From UHGV virus genome UHGV-0111354: a stretch of DNA of 47,240 nucleotides; one strand, 5' to 3'. Shown here piece after piece: positions 1 through 9,118 of this stretch (positions are counted from its first letter, which is position 1; each line of letters opens with the position of its first letter). The translations under genes and the position numbers were made by a program. The DNA comes from a virus. Below the pieces are notes generated by a model. The model was given only the letters and a program-made list of their open reading frames with translations. It made no database searches and was not told where the DNA came from.

Positions 1-88
1 ATGCAATTCTCATTTGATTATACCTCTCTGTTGTTGTTCCGATGAGTTAAAGATAGCCCACCTTGACGATGCCGTCAATACTAATTGC

Positions 89-116
89 AAAAAAAAAAGC
101 CCCGAAGGGCTTATTT
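89..116 (-). terminator. Rho-independent terminator after the primase-helicase gene: hairpin (G/C stem, CGAA loop) followed by T8 on the minus strand
   Basis: Seen in sequence. A8 run at 89-98, then GCCCCGAAGGGC at 99-110. Read on the minus strand this is stem-loop + TTTTTTTT directly after the stop at 111-113. Confidence 0.6.
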
Positions 117-2468
117 AGTTTCCGCAAAGGCAATAGCACTTGTATCACCCTGTGCCGCCGCGTAATGGCGCGCCACGTCTGCTGCATTTGTGAGGTTAGC
201 GTGAATGTGTCCAATCTTGATATAGAGCCGGGGTTTACCGCCATCAATCATTATCACATTGTTCACACGTCCGTCTTTAAGCGCAGGGTGCCAGTCGTAA
301 CCCAGTTGACGCATCATGTCACGGCGTTTACCTACCGGCACAGTGCGGTCGGCGCGCATCTGACGTAACAGGTTGTCCAGTGCCTTACTGCTCACCCAAC
401 CACCCGCAAAGCCCTGGCGACCCTCGTCAATCGCTTCCATAATTTCCTGCTCAACACTACCGAGTGATGCTGTCACAGCCTCGTGAGTGCTGCTGGTCTC
501 TGGTGCTCGCTGACAATGTGTCGCCGGGTTAAACTGTGCGGGAATGGCGTAGTTCTCCAGATAATGCGTCACGGCTGCAAATCCACCGCCACGTTTGAGC
601 CAGTCGTACAGGTTGGGGAAGTAGTCGCCGCCCATACCGTCACGCACGATATCGATATGCTCCTGCTGCGCAGTGTAGAAAATGGCGAACCGGCGGTCAT
701 TAGCGGTCTTGCGCACAGCGTTCTTGTGGTTACTGTTGAACATGAAGTTGGCACACAGGCGGTGCATTACCTGGTCCTGCTGCATCGCACGTTTAGCGAG
801 GTACTCACCGGTAATCATCGGTTTGAGTGTTTCAATCAGTTCGAGTTTCTGCTCCGGAACGTAAATATCCTCCACGCCGATGAATATTTTATCGAATAAC
901 CATGCGTTGAACTTCTCGCCAATTTCCTGCGCTGGCGGCATGTGACTGTAACGTGAACCGACCGCTTCCATTACGCACAGTGTGAACAGTGTTTTACCGT
1001 TACCTTCAACACCCTGCAGTAATGGCGCCCACTTGAACTTGGTCCCTTTGTACTGTACGCACGCCGCCATGTAGGACAGCAGGATGTCGCGGTCGCGCTC
1101 AACGGGTAACAGTTTGGCCAGATGAGTGAGGAAAGGTGTCACATCGCCCGGGACGCTCGCCACTGTCACCGGTACGTATGCGTTGACATGACGCAGACCG
1201 TCTTCTTCGATAATGGCACCCTGCGGCAGGTCCGGACGGAACGTTGAGCGGTCAACCTTCGGGAACATAATGCACTGGTTCTCGGTGAACGCTTCAAAAG
1301 CCTTTTTGGTGGTCTTCTCGTTACCGTCATCCAGCGCAAACACGTAGCCACCGTACATTGCATTAAACTGCTCGGACTTCAGCATCTGACCGTTTGGCGT
1401 GAGAATACGGTGACTGTCTGCCACATACACGCAGCCTTTGAAGTGGTCAACAAGTTGTGAGCCACCAATGAATTGATACCCACTGCGGATAACCGGTGCA
1501 CCCGTCTCAACAACCTGAGCAGGAGTCACCAGTTCAATCGGTGCGCCGACACTGTAGTAGGTTGTCTGACGTGCGCAAGCACCCAGAATGGTGCGTCGCA
1601 TGTACGACTTGTGACTGTCCCATTTAGGACGCGCCAGCGCAGACAGACGCATCAGGCGTTCGATACGTTCACAGTTACCACCGGTCCAGAACGATAAATG
1701 TTGGGCCAGTGCGGCATCGGCGCTCGACCCGTCATACTCGCGGTCCTCATCCGGATACGCATCACTCAGTACCTCGACGTTACGCGTCCACAGGTCTTTA
1801 AATGTTGCTTTACCACCGAAAACAGCCGCGACACCACCTTTACTCGAACAGGCTTTTTCGATGAGTTTCGCGTCGTCCTCAATCGGACACGAACCTTCGG
1901 CGTGAGTTGTTGACCACTCCACCGCTGCAACTTGCTCGGTCTGCGGGAAATACCGGGCAACCGTGGCGTTGAGCGGTGCGGATGCGTTAAACATCATGTC
2001 ACCCCGTGCACCACTTCCCAGACAGATGAAACGGTCGGACGTGTACAGTTCGATGTGCAGCGGAACATTTTTACAGCTATGCTCAGGGATGGACGGACTG
2101 TAACCGAAAATGTGCAAGCCTTTACCGCTGTTACTCACTTCCACGTAACAACCGGCAAAAGTGGTGCACAACTCCAGCGCGAGTGGTGACCAGGTATTAT
2201 CATCCTGTAGTGCGCCGTCGATATCCACGCAGAAACGTCCGTCACCAGTGAGAATGACTGCGGGACGATATGACTCGCCCAGTGCAGAAGCCGCTGCAAT
2301 CGCCTGAGCGTGAGTCATACGGTCCGCAACGTGCAGACTGACCACATCACCAGCAGCATTACATGGCATCTTCTCCGTGCGCCCGGGCTTCTTCTGTGAA
2401 GGTACTGTTTTGCAGACGATAAAGTGCAGAGAATCAGCCCTCTGCACAGGGGGATTCGTATGTGTCAT
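111..2468 (-). CDS. Bifunctional primase-helicase: PrimPol-like N-terminal domain + D5_N/primase-C + SF3 helicase (P4 alpha / poxvirus D5-like)
   Basis: 785-aa ORF. Walker A GVEGNGKT and Walker-B-like hydrophobic stretch ending in DE. N-terminal LTGDGRFCVDIDG primase-polymerase-like motif. RBS GGAGAG 7 nt upstream of the ATG at 2468. Confidence 0.7.
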   Translation of the reverse strand: MTHTNPPVQRADSLHFIVCKTVPSQKKPGRTEKMPCNAAGDVVSLHVADRMTHAQAIAAASALGESYRPAVILTGDGRFCVDIDGALQDDNTWSPLALELCTTFAGCYVEVSNSGKGLHIFGYSPSIPEHSCKNVPLHIELYTSDRFICLGSGARGDMMFNASAPLNATVARYFPQTEQVAAVEWSTTHAEGSCPIEDDAKLIEKACSSKGGVAAVFGGKATFKDLWTRNVEVLSDAYPDEDREYDGSSADAALAQHLSFWTGGNCERIERLMRLSALARPKWDSHKSYMRRTILGACARQTTYYSVGAPIELVTPAQVVETGAPVIRSGYQFIGGSQLVDHFKGCVYVADSHRILTPNGQMLKSEQFNAMYGGYVFALDDGNEKTTKKAFEAFTENQCIMFPKVDRSTFRPDLPQGAIIEEDGLRHVNAYVPVTVASVPGDVTPFLTHLAKLLPVERDRDILLSYMAACVQYKGTKFKWAPLLQGVEGNGKTLFTLCVMEAVGSRYSHMPPAQEIGEKFNAWLFDKIFIGVEDIYVPEQKLELIETLKPMITGEYLAKRAMQQDQVMHRLCANFMFNSNHKNAVRKTANDRRFAIFYTAQQEHIDIVRDGMGGDYFPNLYDWLKRGGGFAAVTHYLENYAIPAQFNPATHCQRAPETSSTHEAVTASLGSVEQEIMEAIDEGRQGFAGGWVSSKALDNLLRQMRADRTVPVGKRRDMMRQLGYDWHPALKDGRVNNVIMIDGGKPRLYIKIGHIHANLTNAADVARHYAAAQGDTSAIAFAETK

Positions 2469-2490
2469 CTCTGTCTCTCCGTTTTGGTTA

Positions 2491-2769
2491 TTAAAGCAAG
2501 GTGGTCAACGCGCGAGCACGTAGCTCCAGTGGTGCAGACTTAGCGATGTTGTCACCCAGTGCAATACCCTGTCCAATCAGTTCAAGGCTTTCTTCTTCCA
2601 CTGCTCGTTGCATCACTGCCTCACGAAGTGCGTCCATCCTGACCCAGTGATGGTTGATGGTGCCCATTGCCACACCAGCCTCGGCTGCCACACCATCGCG
2701 GGTAAGAGTACCAAAGCCGTCGCGCTGTGCCATCGTGTAAGCTACTTCCAGAATGTGTTCTTTGCTCAT
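2491..2769 (-). CDS. Mini TetR-family-like HTH protein (N-terminal TetR_N domain only); alternative start at 2808
   Basis: FGTLTRDGVAAEAGVAMGTINHHWVRMDAL matches the TetR_N helix-turn-helix signature (T.T..IA..AGVS.GT.YHHF..K..L). About 93 aa, with no ligand-binding domain. Minus-strand promoter-like TTGACC-17-CATACT upstream of the 2769 start. Confidence 0.45.
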   Translation of the reverse strand: MSKEHILEVAYTMAQRDGFGTLTRDGVAAEAGVAMGTINHHWVRMDALREAVMQRAVEEESLELIGQGIALGDNIAKSAPLELRARALTTLL

Positions 2770-2831
2770 AATTTCGGTTCCATTAGGTAATTTGTTGCAG
2801 TATGGCACAGGTTGACGGAGTGGTCAATGGG

Positions 2832-3293
2832 TCAGGCAAAGGAGATACCCACTTCACCTTTGTAATTTTTCGAAAGGTGCACCGCTCCTACAGGAAACCC
2901 AAACGGGAATCCAATTTTTCTTCCTGAGCCATAATAGCGGATGTGTTTTATACCTCCCCATTTATAAACTTCTTGTAGCTTCTTGTATGAACTTAAAAGT
3001 TTGTTAACGGGTATCAAGTAACAAACCTCATCGGCTAAAGAAAGACTATGGGTCAGCCATTCGTCAAAAATGCTATACGGAGGGTTACTGATAATCCATC
3101 TAACGGGCAACTCAAAATCGAAGAAATCAACTCCCTTTTCTATTTCACAAAAATATTTATTCCCTTCTAAATTATTAAAGAAAACTCCACCGCCCGAGCA
3201 AGGGTCGAGTATGATACCTTCGGGTTTAAAATGCTTTATCATGTCAAGAGCAATCCATTCAGGCGTGTAAACTACATCATTTGGGTTACTCAC
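2832..3293 (-). CDS. Small phage Dam-type DNA N6-adenine methyltransferase
   Basis: Motif I DPCSGGG (FxGxG-like AdoMet site) and motif IV NPPY. 153 aa, consistent with the small phage Dam family. Start overlaps the upstream gene stop (ATGA). Confidence 0.65.
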   Translation of the reverse strand: MSNPNDVVYTPEWIALDMIKHFKPEGIILDPCSGGGVFFNNLEGNKYFCEIEKGVDFFDFELPVRWIISNPPYSIFDEWLTHSLSLADEVCYLIPVNKLLSSYKKLQEVYKWGGIKHIRYYGSGRKIGFPFGFPVGAVHLSKNYKGEVGISFA

Positions 3294-3760
3294 AACTCCC
3301 CCTCACCATTCCAGAATTTAAAGTCCCCGCCCAGCCCAATGATAAGTGTCCCAAACGCAAGCTGTGCCTGTTCGTGTTCCGTACCTTTATACTTCCACCC
3401 GGCTTTTTTCACCTCGCGTGCCACAAACTGTCCAATGGTTAACCCTACCATATCAGGTGTGATAACCACGGGGCGGATACCGATGAGGTCGCTCGACTTG
3501 ATACGCTTGTTCATCGTTGAAGAGTCGTTGCACAGACCGTAACGTACAACTCGACCATTTTCATCTTTTAACGCACCGCAATTATTGCGAAAAAGTCGCC
3601 AGCCCATCTTACTTGCCAGCAGCCGCGCCTCATCCTGTACGCGCGCTTCGGGTGTATCTTTGGTTGAGCGTGGGGCATCCAATCCCACCATCGTCACAAG
3701 GTCAGCCAATGCCTCCCCTGTGATACTGTGTTTACGTTGCCATTCGAGAAGGTTGTTCAT
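3290..3760 (-). CDS. VRR-NUC domain nuclease (PD-(D/E)XK superfamily)
   Basis: 156 aa. GIRPVVITPDM ... GQFVAREVKKAGWKYKG resembles the VRR-NUC D...E.K catalytic core. Typical position next to a phage SF2 helicase. RBS taGGAGtg upstream. Confidence 0.5.
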   Translation of the reverse strand: MNNLLEWQRKHSITGEALADLVTMVGLDAPRSTKDTPEARVQDEARLLASKMGWRLFRNNCGALKDENGRVVRYGLCNDSSTMNKRIKSSDLIGIRPVVITPDMVGLTIGQFVAREVKKAGWKYKGTEHEQAQLAFGTLIIGLGGDFKFWNGEGEL

Positions 3761-3794
3761 GATACACTCCTAATTCATTCACATCGGGAACATG

Positions 3795-5465
3795 TTAGTG
3801 CGTTTTGACGAGTCCGTCAACGTCATTTTGTATTTTTTCCATAAGTGTTAGTGCATCATCTTTTTTCAGGCCTTGTGCACTTAACCAGTCGACGTGATAA
3901 GTCAGGAAAAATTTACGAAATATTTCTTTGTCGCTCATGCCGTCGTGTCGCCAGTAACCGGCAATAGTCGCCATCAGACCATCCAGTCGTCCCAGCACTT
4001 CCAGGCGCTCACTTTGACGCTTGACATTAGCCATCACTCCAGCGGGTGGTACATTCATCGCCGTCAGCCTGTTGCGCATTGCCTCGGGTGTCTCACGTGC
4101 TCCCACAACCTCATTGCGCATCTGTGCCAGTACATCCGGGTCAAGCTCGTACAGGTCACCGTCCACCTGCATCGGGCCGGAGCGGTCTGCCGGTTTAGGT
4201 ACAGGCTCGCCGCAGTCCGGACATGCGTCGAGGAACCGCTCATACACTGCCGCACAAGCTGTACACACGCGCACCGTCGATGGTTCACTTTTACCCGTGC
4301 GACGCTCCCGGCGGTCAAGACTCCACTCACGCGGTGCATCCGGTAAACCGTGGCGCATGACGTTCGATACAGCGTCAATAATGATAGCGTGTGATTTCCC
4401 CTCGAACGGACGCAGCGCACGACCGAACATTTGCGCATAAAGTGCATAACTCTGTGTCGGTCTGGCGAAAGACACCACTTCCACTGCGGGGATGTCCACT
4501 CCTTCCCCTATTAACGAATCATTAACAATTTGCAAAATCTTTCCGGACTTCAAATCGCGGATAGCCTGCACACGTTCTTCATCTGCATTACGTCCGGATA
4601 ACGCAATAGCCGGTACACCACGTTTGCGGTATTCCTCCGCTACTTCCTCAGCGGTATCCACACCAACGGTGAAAGTTATGCCACGCTTACCCGGGCAGAT
4701 TTTTAGATAGTGACTCACAATGTCACCAACGATATGCGACCGTCCAATTTCCGCTTTGAGTTCCTTCTCTTTATAATCCCCCGTGGTTTTACTGGTTTCC
4801 ACGTTATCCAGTCGCAGGTCAGTTGGTGGACAGTAAATTTTGTACTGACTGAGATATCCGTTATCGATAAGCCAGCGCATCGATGGTCCTTCGACAATCA
4901 CATCCGCATAACCGTCTGTCTCACGCGATAAACCCTGTCCATCTGCACGACAAGGTGTTGCAGTCGGTCCGAGTCCACGAGCACCAGCGTTGAGTAAGGG
5001 TGTCAGGACACCGCCCCAGGTCTTCGACTTCTTCGTAGCGTGGTGAAACTCATCCTGTACGACGGTCAGCTTATTACCCAGTTTTGCGAGGTCAGCAATT
5101 TTAGCCTCACGCATTGACTGTACAGACGCAACCATTACCCGTGCATTTGGGTCAACATAATTAACCCCGTGGTTTTCCATCGACTGCTTGGCTGCAAAGC
5201 GCACCACCTTATTAGCAGCAATAACCTGGTGGCGAATTTCCATGCGTCCCATCGTGTCGCTCAACTGTGTAATCAGCTCCTGACGATGTGCCAGCACCAG
5301 CACATACTGACCCCGGTCACGCTCTTTTGCGACAATCGCGGTTAGGGTCATTGACTTGCCACTGCCGGTGCTGGACACCATTGCTACAAACTGCTTACCG
5401 GCGTCCCATTGCTGGTACGTGTCTTTGACCAGTTTTTCCTGATAGGGTCGGAGTGTTGGTATCAT
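3795..5465 (-). CDS. SF2 DEAH-type DNA helicase with C-terminal zinc ribbon (ORF open to 5606; likely start at MIPTLRPYQ, 5465)
   Basis: Q-motif LRPYQ, Walker A SSTGSGKS, Walker B DEFHH, C-terminal helicase domain, then CTACAAVYERFLDACPDCG zinc ribbon. The start is ambiguous: ATGs at 5606, 5537 and 5465. Confidence 0.7.
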   Translation of the reverse strand: MIPTLRPYQEKLVKDTYQQWDAGKQFVAMVSSTGSGKSMTLTAIVAKERDRGQYVLVLAHRQELITQLSDTMGRMEIRHQVIAANKVVRFAAKQSMENHGVNYVDPNARVMVASVQSMREAKIADLAKLGNKLTVVQDEFHHATKKSKTWGGVLTPLLNAGARGLGPTATPCRADGQGLSRETDGYADVIVEGPSMRWLIDNGYLSQYKIYCPPTDLRLDNVETSKTTGDYKEKELKAEIGRSHIVGDIVSHYLKICPGKRGITFTVGVDTAEEVAEEYRKRGVPAIALSGRNADEERVQAIRDLKSGKILQIVNDSLIGEGVDIPAVEVVSFARPTQSYALYAQMFGRALRPFEGKSHAIIIDAVSNVMRHGLPDAPREWSLDRRERRTGKSEPSTVRVCTACAAVYERFLDACPDCGEPVPKPADRSGPMQVDGDLYELDPDVLAQMRNEVVGARETPEAMRNRLTAMNVPPAGVMANVKRQSERLEVLGRLDGLMATIAGYWRHDGMSDKEIFRKFFLTYHVDWLSAQGLKKDDALTLMEKIQNDVDGLVKTH

Positions 5466-5478
5466 TTGCGGTGCGCCC

Positions 5479-5685
5479 TCAATACACGAAATCGGTTTTA
5501 AATTGGTGGTCACACTCTGGGCAGCAAGTTTCATAACCTTCAATCGGTTCACAAGCTTGTTTTGCGCCAGAAAATTCCCAAAAATCCGGGTCACACAATA
5601 AGTCAAAATAATGACCGCATTTCGGACAGGTGACGTCGAGCGATAAACTCCAATAAGCGGTAGTGTTTTTACTCATCTTCTGCAC
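5479..5685 (-). CDS. Small zinc-ribbon protein (CPKCG ... CCPECDH)
   Basis: 68-aa ORF with two CxxC pairs, tightly packed in the minus-strand early operon. Confidence 0.4.
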   Translation of the reverse strand: MQKMSKNTTAYWSLSLDVTCPKCGHYFDLLCDPDFWEFSGAKQACEPIEGYETCCPECDHQFKTDFVY

Positions 5686-5899
5686 ACTCTCGATTTTGTC
5701 TACATCTGGTACTCGCCTCTTTCAGTTGTTTAACTTGGTGGGCCAAACGTTGAGGACAAACACTCTCTCCTTGTTTCAAATGTTTGCGAACCAGTTCAAC
5801 AAACCACTCATAATTAGGTCGTTTCGCTAATTCTTCACGTAATTTCGCAGCTTCTTGTTCTGCACGGGTCGCTCTCGCTCTGTAGTCATTGTTGTTCAT
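5669..5899 (-). CDS. Small hypothetical protein (helical, charged)
   Basis: 76-aa ORF overlapping its neighbours by a few nt (operon packing). Confidence 0.35.
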   Translation of the reverse strand: MNNNDYRARATRAEQEAAKLREELAKRPNYEWFVELVRKHLKQGESVCPQRLAHQVKQLKEASTRCRQNRECAEDE

Positions 5900-5902
5900 C
5901 TC

Positions 5903-6073
5903 TCACATCTCCCACACTTTACGCACGCTGTTCGACTCGACCATGCGTGCTTTTCTGATTAATTTACGTGCCACATACATCGGTATCTGCACATCGTCGA
6001 GGAACCATTTATCCTTCTTACTGACCGAATTGTACCAGCCGTAAGAAGGTCGGAGCAGTTGTTTAATTTTCAT
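5903..6073 (-). CDS. Small hypothetical protein (55 aa), translationally coupled (ATGA) to the upstream gene
   Basis: ORF found by hand on the minus strand, missed by the >=60 aa track. Its start overlaps the stop of the 6070..6297 ORF. Stop lies 4 nt before the next start. Confidence 0.3.
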   Translation of the reverse strand: MKIKQLLRPSYGWYNSVSKKDKWFLDDVQIPMYVARKLIRKARMVESNSVRKVWEM

Positions 6074-6297
6074 AATAGTGGCTCCGCGTCGGGGTTGCGT
6101 TTCCAGTACGCCGCATAAATTTCCTGTTCAGTGTAATAGACACCCTTATGTGTTGTACCCGCACAGATTTCATCAAAGAAACCGTAACCCATCACTGTAA
6201 TGAACTCCCATTCTGGCATTTCCGAAAGAATTTTTACTTTGTTTTCAAAGTTCTGCTTTTCCACCATATCGGTAATCAATTGTCCCAACAGCGTCAT
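6070..6297 (-). CDS. Small hypothetical protein, first gene of the leftward early operon
   Basis: 75-aa ORF directly downstream of the minus-strand promoter in the 6.3-kb divergent region. Confidence 0.4.
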   Translation of the reverse strand: MTLLGQLITDMVEKQNFENKVKILSEMPEWEFITVMGYGFFDEICAGTTHKGVYYTEQEIYAAYWKRNPDAEPLL

Positions 6298-6317
6298 CTC
6301 TCATTACCTCTCTGTTA

Positions 6318-6404
6318 TTGACGATAGCGTCATTATGTCGCACCACCCACCCCGTGTCAAATTTAAAATTAGTGTTGACGAGTGCGTCATGGTGGTATAG
6401 AGTT
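6318..6404. promoter_or_regulatory. Divergent early promoter hub. Minus-strand TTGACA-17-CATAAT. Plus-strand TTGACG-15-TATAGA. Two TTGACGnnnnCGTCAT palindromes (6318-6333, 6375-6390).
   Basis: Seen in sequence. The rc of 6339-6360 gives TTGACAcggggtgggtggtgcgaCATAAT. The plus strand gives TTGACGagtgcgtcatggtggTATAGAgt, upstream of the RBS GGAGGACAGAGAGAC-ATG at 6439. Confidence 0.6.
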
Positions 6405-6438
6405 CACCACATCGACAACAACGGAGGACAGAGAGACA

Positions 6439-7421
6439 TGAGTAATATCACATTAACCATCCCGAACGACGACCACATTGCGCTGCGTGCGTTCGGTAAA
6501 GCACTGGAAGAAATGGCACTGGCGCACGGTGCTGAGCCGATGGAAGAGACACTGGTGCGAGCGCGAGTCGGCGAAGAAGAAATTGAATATCTGACACGCG
6601 ATGCGGTTGCCGCTCGTCTACGTGTCGCCACAGAAGAACTACAACAAGCCGCACCGCGTATGATACAGGAGTTGCGTTTCGAAGGTGAGGAACTACACGG
6701 TAAACGCAAAGAGCCGGAAGTTGACAGCACCGCTCAACAGGTCGAGTCGCTGAGTAATAAGCGTGAGGAGTTTGAGCAAATTGTTGACGATGTGAAAGTT
6801 GCTGCATCCGAATTTCTCAACGTGCCTTCGCATGTTTTGACCGGGCAGGAAGCGCCACCCACCATCGACTCAACCGGTACACCGTGGGACGAGCGCATCC
6901 ACTCCGCCAGTAAGGCGCTCAATGCGGACGGCACGTGGCGTCTGCGTCGTAAGCCGAAGGATATGGATGAGGTGGAATGGTCCGACTACGTGAGCATGAT
7001 TAAAGCCGACCTACAATATCCGGTTGAATGCGGTGGAGAGGGGGAGGAAATTGGCGAACCGACACGGGAAGAAGTCGATGAACTCATCGAAGCCTCTAAC
7101 AAGATGTTGGAACCACCTGTAACACCGCCGGGCGATGACTTCCACACTGACGCAGGCGTGGTAACCGAGCAAACCGTTGTGGGTATTCCGCCAATCCCTG
7201 TACCGCCGCCGGTAGTTGTTGTACCACCTGTACCGGAAGTAGCTGAGTGGGACTTCCCGCGCCTAATGACCTTCCTGACCGAGCGTCACGGTAAGATTGA
7301 TGTGGCAACCGTGAACGCGCTGCTGGCGCAGGATGGCATGTCGTCGGTACAGGAACTGAACGTCCACTCGGATAAAATTGGTCCGTTCGTGACACGTGTT
7401 AAAGCGTATTTAGGGGAGTAA
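6439..7421 (+). CDS. Highly acidic early protein with Pro/Val-rich linker; contains the GTPWDERIH motif shared with the DNA polymerase
   Basis: 327 aa from the ATG at 6439 with a strong RBS. Very D/E-rich. PVPPPVVVVPPVPEV segment. No recognisable enzymatic motifs. Confidence 0.5.
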
Positions 7422-7426
7422 TCACA

Positions 7427-8551
7427 ATGAGTAACTTACCCAAAGTATCTGACGCCGGACAATGGATGGTCTGTAACGGGTCATTCCGAGCACAACAGGC
7501 TCACCCGCCGCTGAATGTCGAACCGTCGCAGTCACGTCTCGAGGGACGTGCCGCACACGAAGTGGCTCAGAAGTTATTCAAAAATGAGCCATTCAGTGGC
7601 CTGGTGGGTAGTTTGTCAAAGGATGGAATTATCATCACAGACGAACTGTTTGATGCTGCTCGTGAGTATTTTAACGAGGTGTGGGGTTATTGTAACACTC
7701 ACGGGCGAGTGCACGACCTTCACGTTGAAGAAGTGTGTCCTGTTCCGGGTTACGGTGACTGGTACTGTATCCCCGATGCATGGGTGTACGTACCGGAAGT
7801 GAAGGTGTTACGTGTCTGGGACGCGAAATTCGGTCACCGTATTGTTGACCCGTTTGAAAACTGGCAGTTGTTGATTGAAGCGTTCAGTATTTGCGAACAA
7901 TTCCAGTCGCCACCGGGCATTATTGAACTGGTCATCGTACAGCCACGCGGATTCACCGGTGAGGGTACGGTGCGTAAATGGGCGCTCACATACGATGAAC
8001 TGTGCGCATACCGGCAGCAGGTGAACGAGACGATACTCCGCGTGCTGGATGCCACGCCGATGTGCACGTCCGGACCACACTGTCTCGACTGTAGCGCACG
8101 TGCACACTGTGACACGCTGAAGCAACAGAGTTATGCGGGTGTGGACTACGTACAGTCGTTGCAGACGCATAATTTGTCCGGTCATGCACTGGGCGTTGAG
8201 TTGCGACTCCTGCAGCGTGCGCAGGAGATGATTAAAATGCGTCTCAGTGGTCTGGAGGAACAGGCACTGCACGAGATTAAGCAGGGACAACACGTGACAT
8301 TCTACAGCGCTAAAACCACATACGGTCGTAAGCGCTGGAAGAAAGATGTACCGGTGGACCAGGTGATTATGATGGGGGATTTACTCGGTCAAAATCTTCG
8401 TAAGCCACAGGAACTGGACACACCCGCACAGTGTGTGAAAAAAGGTATCGACCCGTCCGTTATTGAGCAGTACGCCGAAACACCTGTCACGGGTGTCAAG
8501 CTGGAACAGGTTGATGAGCGCAGTATCCGTAGCGTATTTGAGAGGAAGTGA
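7427..8551 (+). CDS. Cas4/RecB-like PD-(D/E)XK exonuclease with Cys cluster (DUF2800-like phage exonuclease)
   Basis: YCIPDAWVYVPE...LRVWDAKFG gives D...D/E-x-K motifs II/III. Cys at CPVPGYGDWYC and CTSGPHCLDCSARAHC fit a Cas4-type Fe-S arrangement. Sits next to a DUF2815-like SSB, as in known phage replication modules. Confidence 0.6.
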   Translation: MSNLPKVSDAGQWMVCNGSFRAQQAHPPLNVEPSQSRLEGRAAHEVAQKLFKNEPFSGLVGSLSKDGIIITDELFDAAREYFNEVWGYCNTHGRVHDLHVEEVCPVPGYGDWYCIPDAWVYVPEVKVLRVWDAKFGHRIVDPFENWQLLIEAFSICEQFQSPPGIIELVIVQPRGFTGEGTVRKWALTYDELCAYRQQVNETILRVLDATPMCTSGPHCLDCSARAHCDTLKQQSYAGVDYVQSLQTHNLSGHALGVELRLLQRAQEMIKMRLSGLEEQALHEIKQGQHVTFYSAKTTYGRKRWKKDVPVDQVIMMGDLLGQNLRKPQELDTPAQCVKKGIDPSVIEQYAETPVTGVKLEQVDERSIRSVFERK

Positions 8552-8553
8552 TT

Positions 8554-8679
8554 ATGAAAATCAGCAAGAAAGAAGCAGAAGTTATTTTGGGTTTGATTAA
8601 GCAAGCGTTTCTCGATGGGTTTGATGATGCTGAACTCGTGGAACTTTTTGAGCGTTTGATGAATTTTATCAAAGATTAG
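8554..8679 (+). CDS. Small hypothetical protein (41 aa)
   Basis: ATG 3 nt after the upstream stop. Below the ORF-track cutoff. Confidence 0.3.
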   Translation: MKISKKEAEVILGLIKQAFLDGFDDAELVELFERLMNFIKD

Positions 8680-8681
8680 TA

Positions 8682-8739
8682 TTGACGCACCCGTCAAACT
8701 AACGTAGTATTCAAATCACCGGGAGACAGAAGGTCTCCC
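8682..8739 (+). promoter_or_regulatory. Sigma70-type promoter TTGACG-17-TAGTAT with palindromic -35 (TTGACGcaccCGTCAA) and leader hairpin GGGAGACagaagGTCTCCC
   Basis: Seen in sequence. Near-consensus -35, good -10 with 17-nt spacer. A 7-bp perfect-stem hairpin sits at about +5..+23 of the predicted transcript. Confidence 0.6.
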
Positions 8740-8763
8740 ACATTTAACAGAGAGGAAATAACC

Positions 8764-9039
8764 ATGTTTGGATTTGGAAAGAAAGAAGAAACAGTGAGTC
8801 TGTCTGCACCCGTACCGGATGGAACTAAAAGCCTCGATCAAATTATAGAAAGTCTTTCAGATGATGGACAACACTTTCTTATCCCATCGAGTGACGACAT
8901 TCAATCTCTACTGGTGCAACTCGGTTCAGATTTTAAAATCACGAATCGGAATCCAGCAACAGACACGTCGGGCACAAATATTGACCGGTCTATTCTTTTG
9001 TGTGCTGCGTTATTACTGAAAAGATTAAATAACGCTTGA
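8764..9039 (+). CDS. Hypothetical acidic protein
   Basis: 91-aa ORF with RBS GAGAGGAAATAACC-ATG downstream of the promoter above. Confidence 0.45.
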   Translation: MFGFGKKEETVSLSAPVPDGTKSLDQIIESLSDDGQHFLIPSSDDIQSLLVQLGSDFKITNRNPATDTSGTNIDRSILLCAALLLKRLNNA

Positions 9040-9095
9040 CGCACCCGTCAAACTAACGTAGTATTCAAATCATCGGGAGACAGAGGGTCTCCCAC
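9036..9095 (+). promoter_or_regulatory. Second copy of the TTGACGcaccCGTCAA-17-TAGTAT promoter plus GGGAGAC..GTCTCCC leader hairpin
   Basis: About 75 bp near-identical to 8682-8757. Lies upstream of the SSB-like gene. Confidence 0.6.
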
Positions 9096-9118
9096 ACTTA
9101 GCAGAGAGGATTTATAAG

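Noticed and set aside
483-899. Plus-strand ORFs nested inside large minus-strand genes (e.g. 483..899, 4021..4440, 14745..15323, 35801..36265)
   Set aside because: They lie antisense within well-supported long genes and lack RBS or motifs. They are shadow ORFs typical of GC-rich coding regions.
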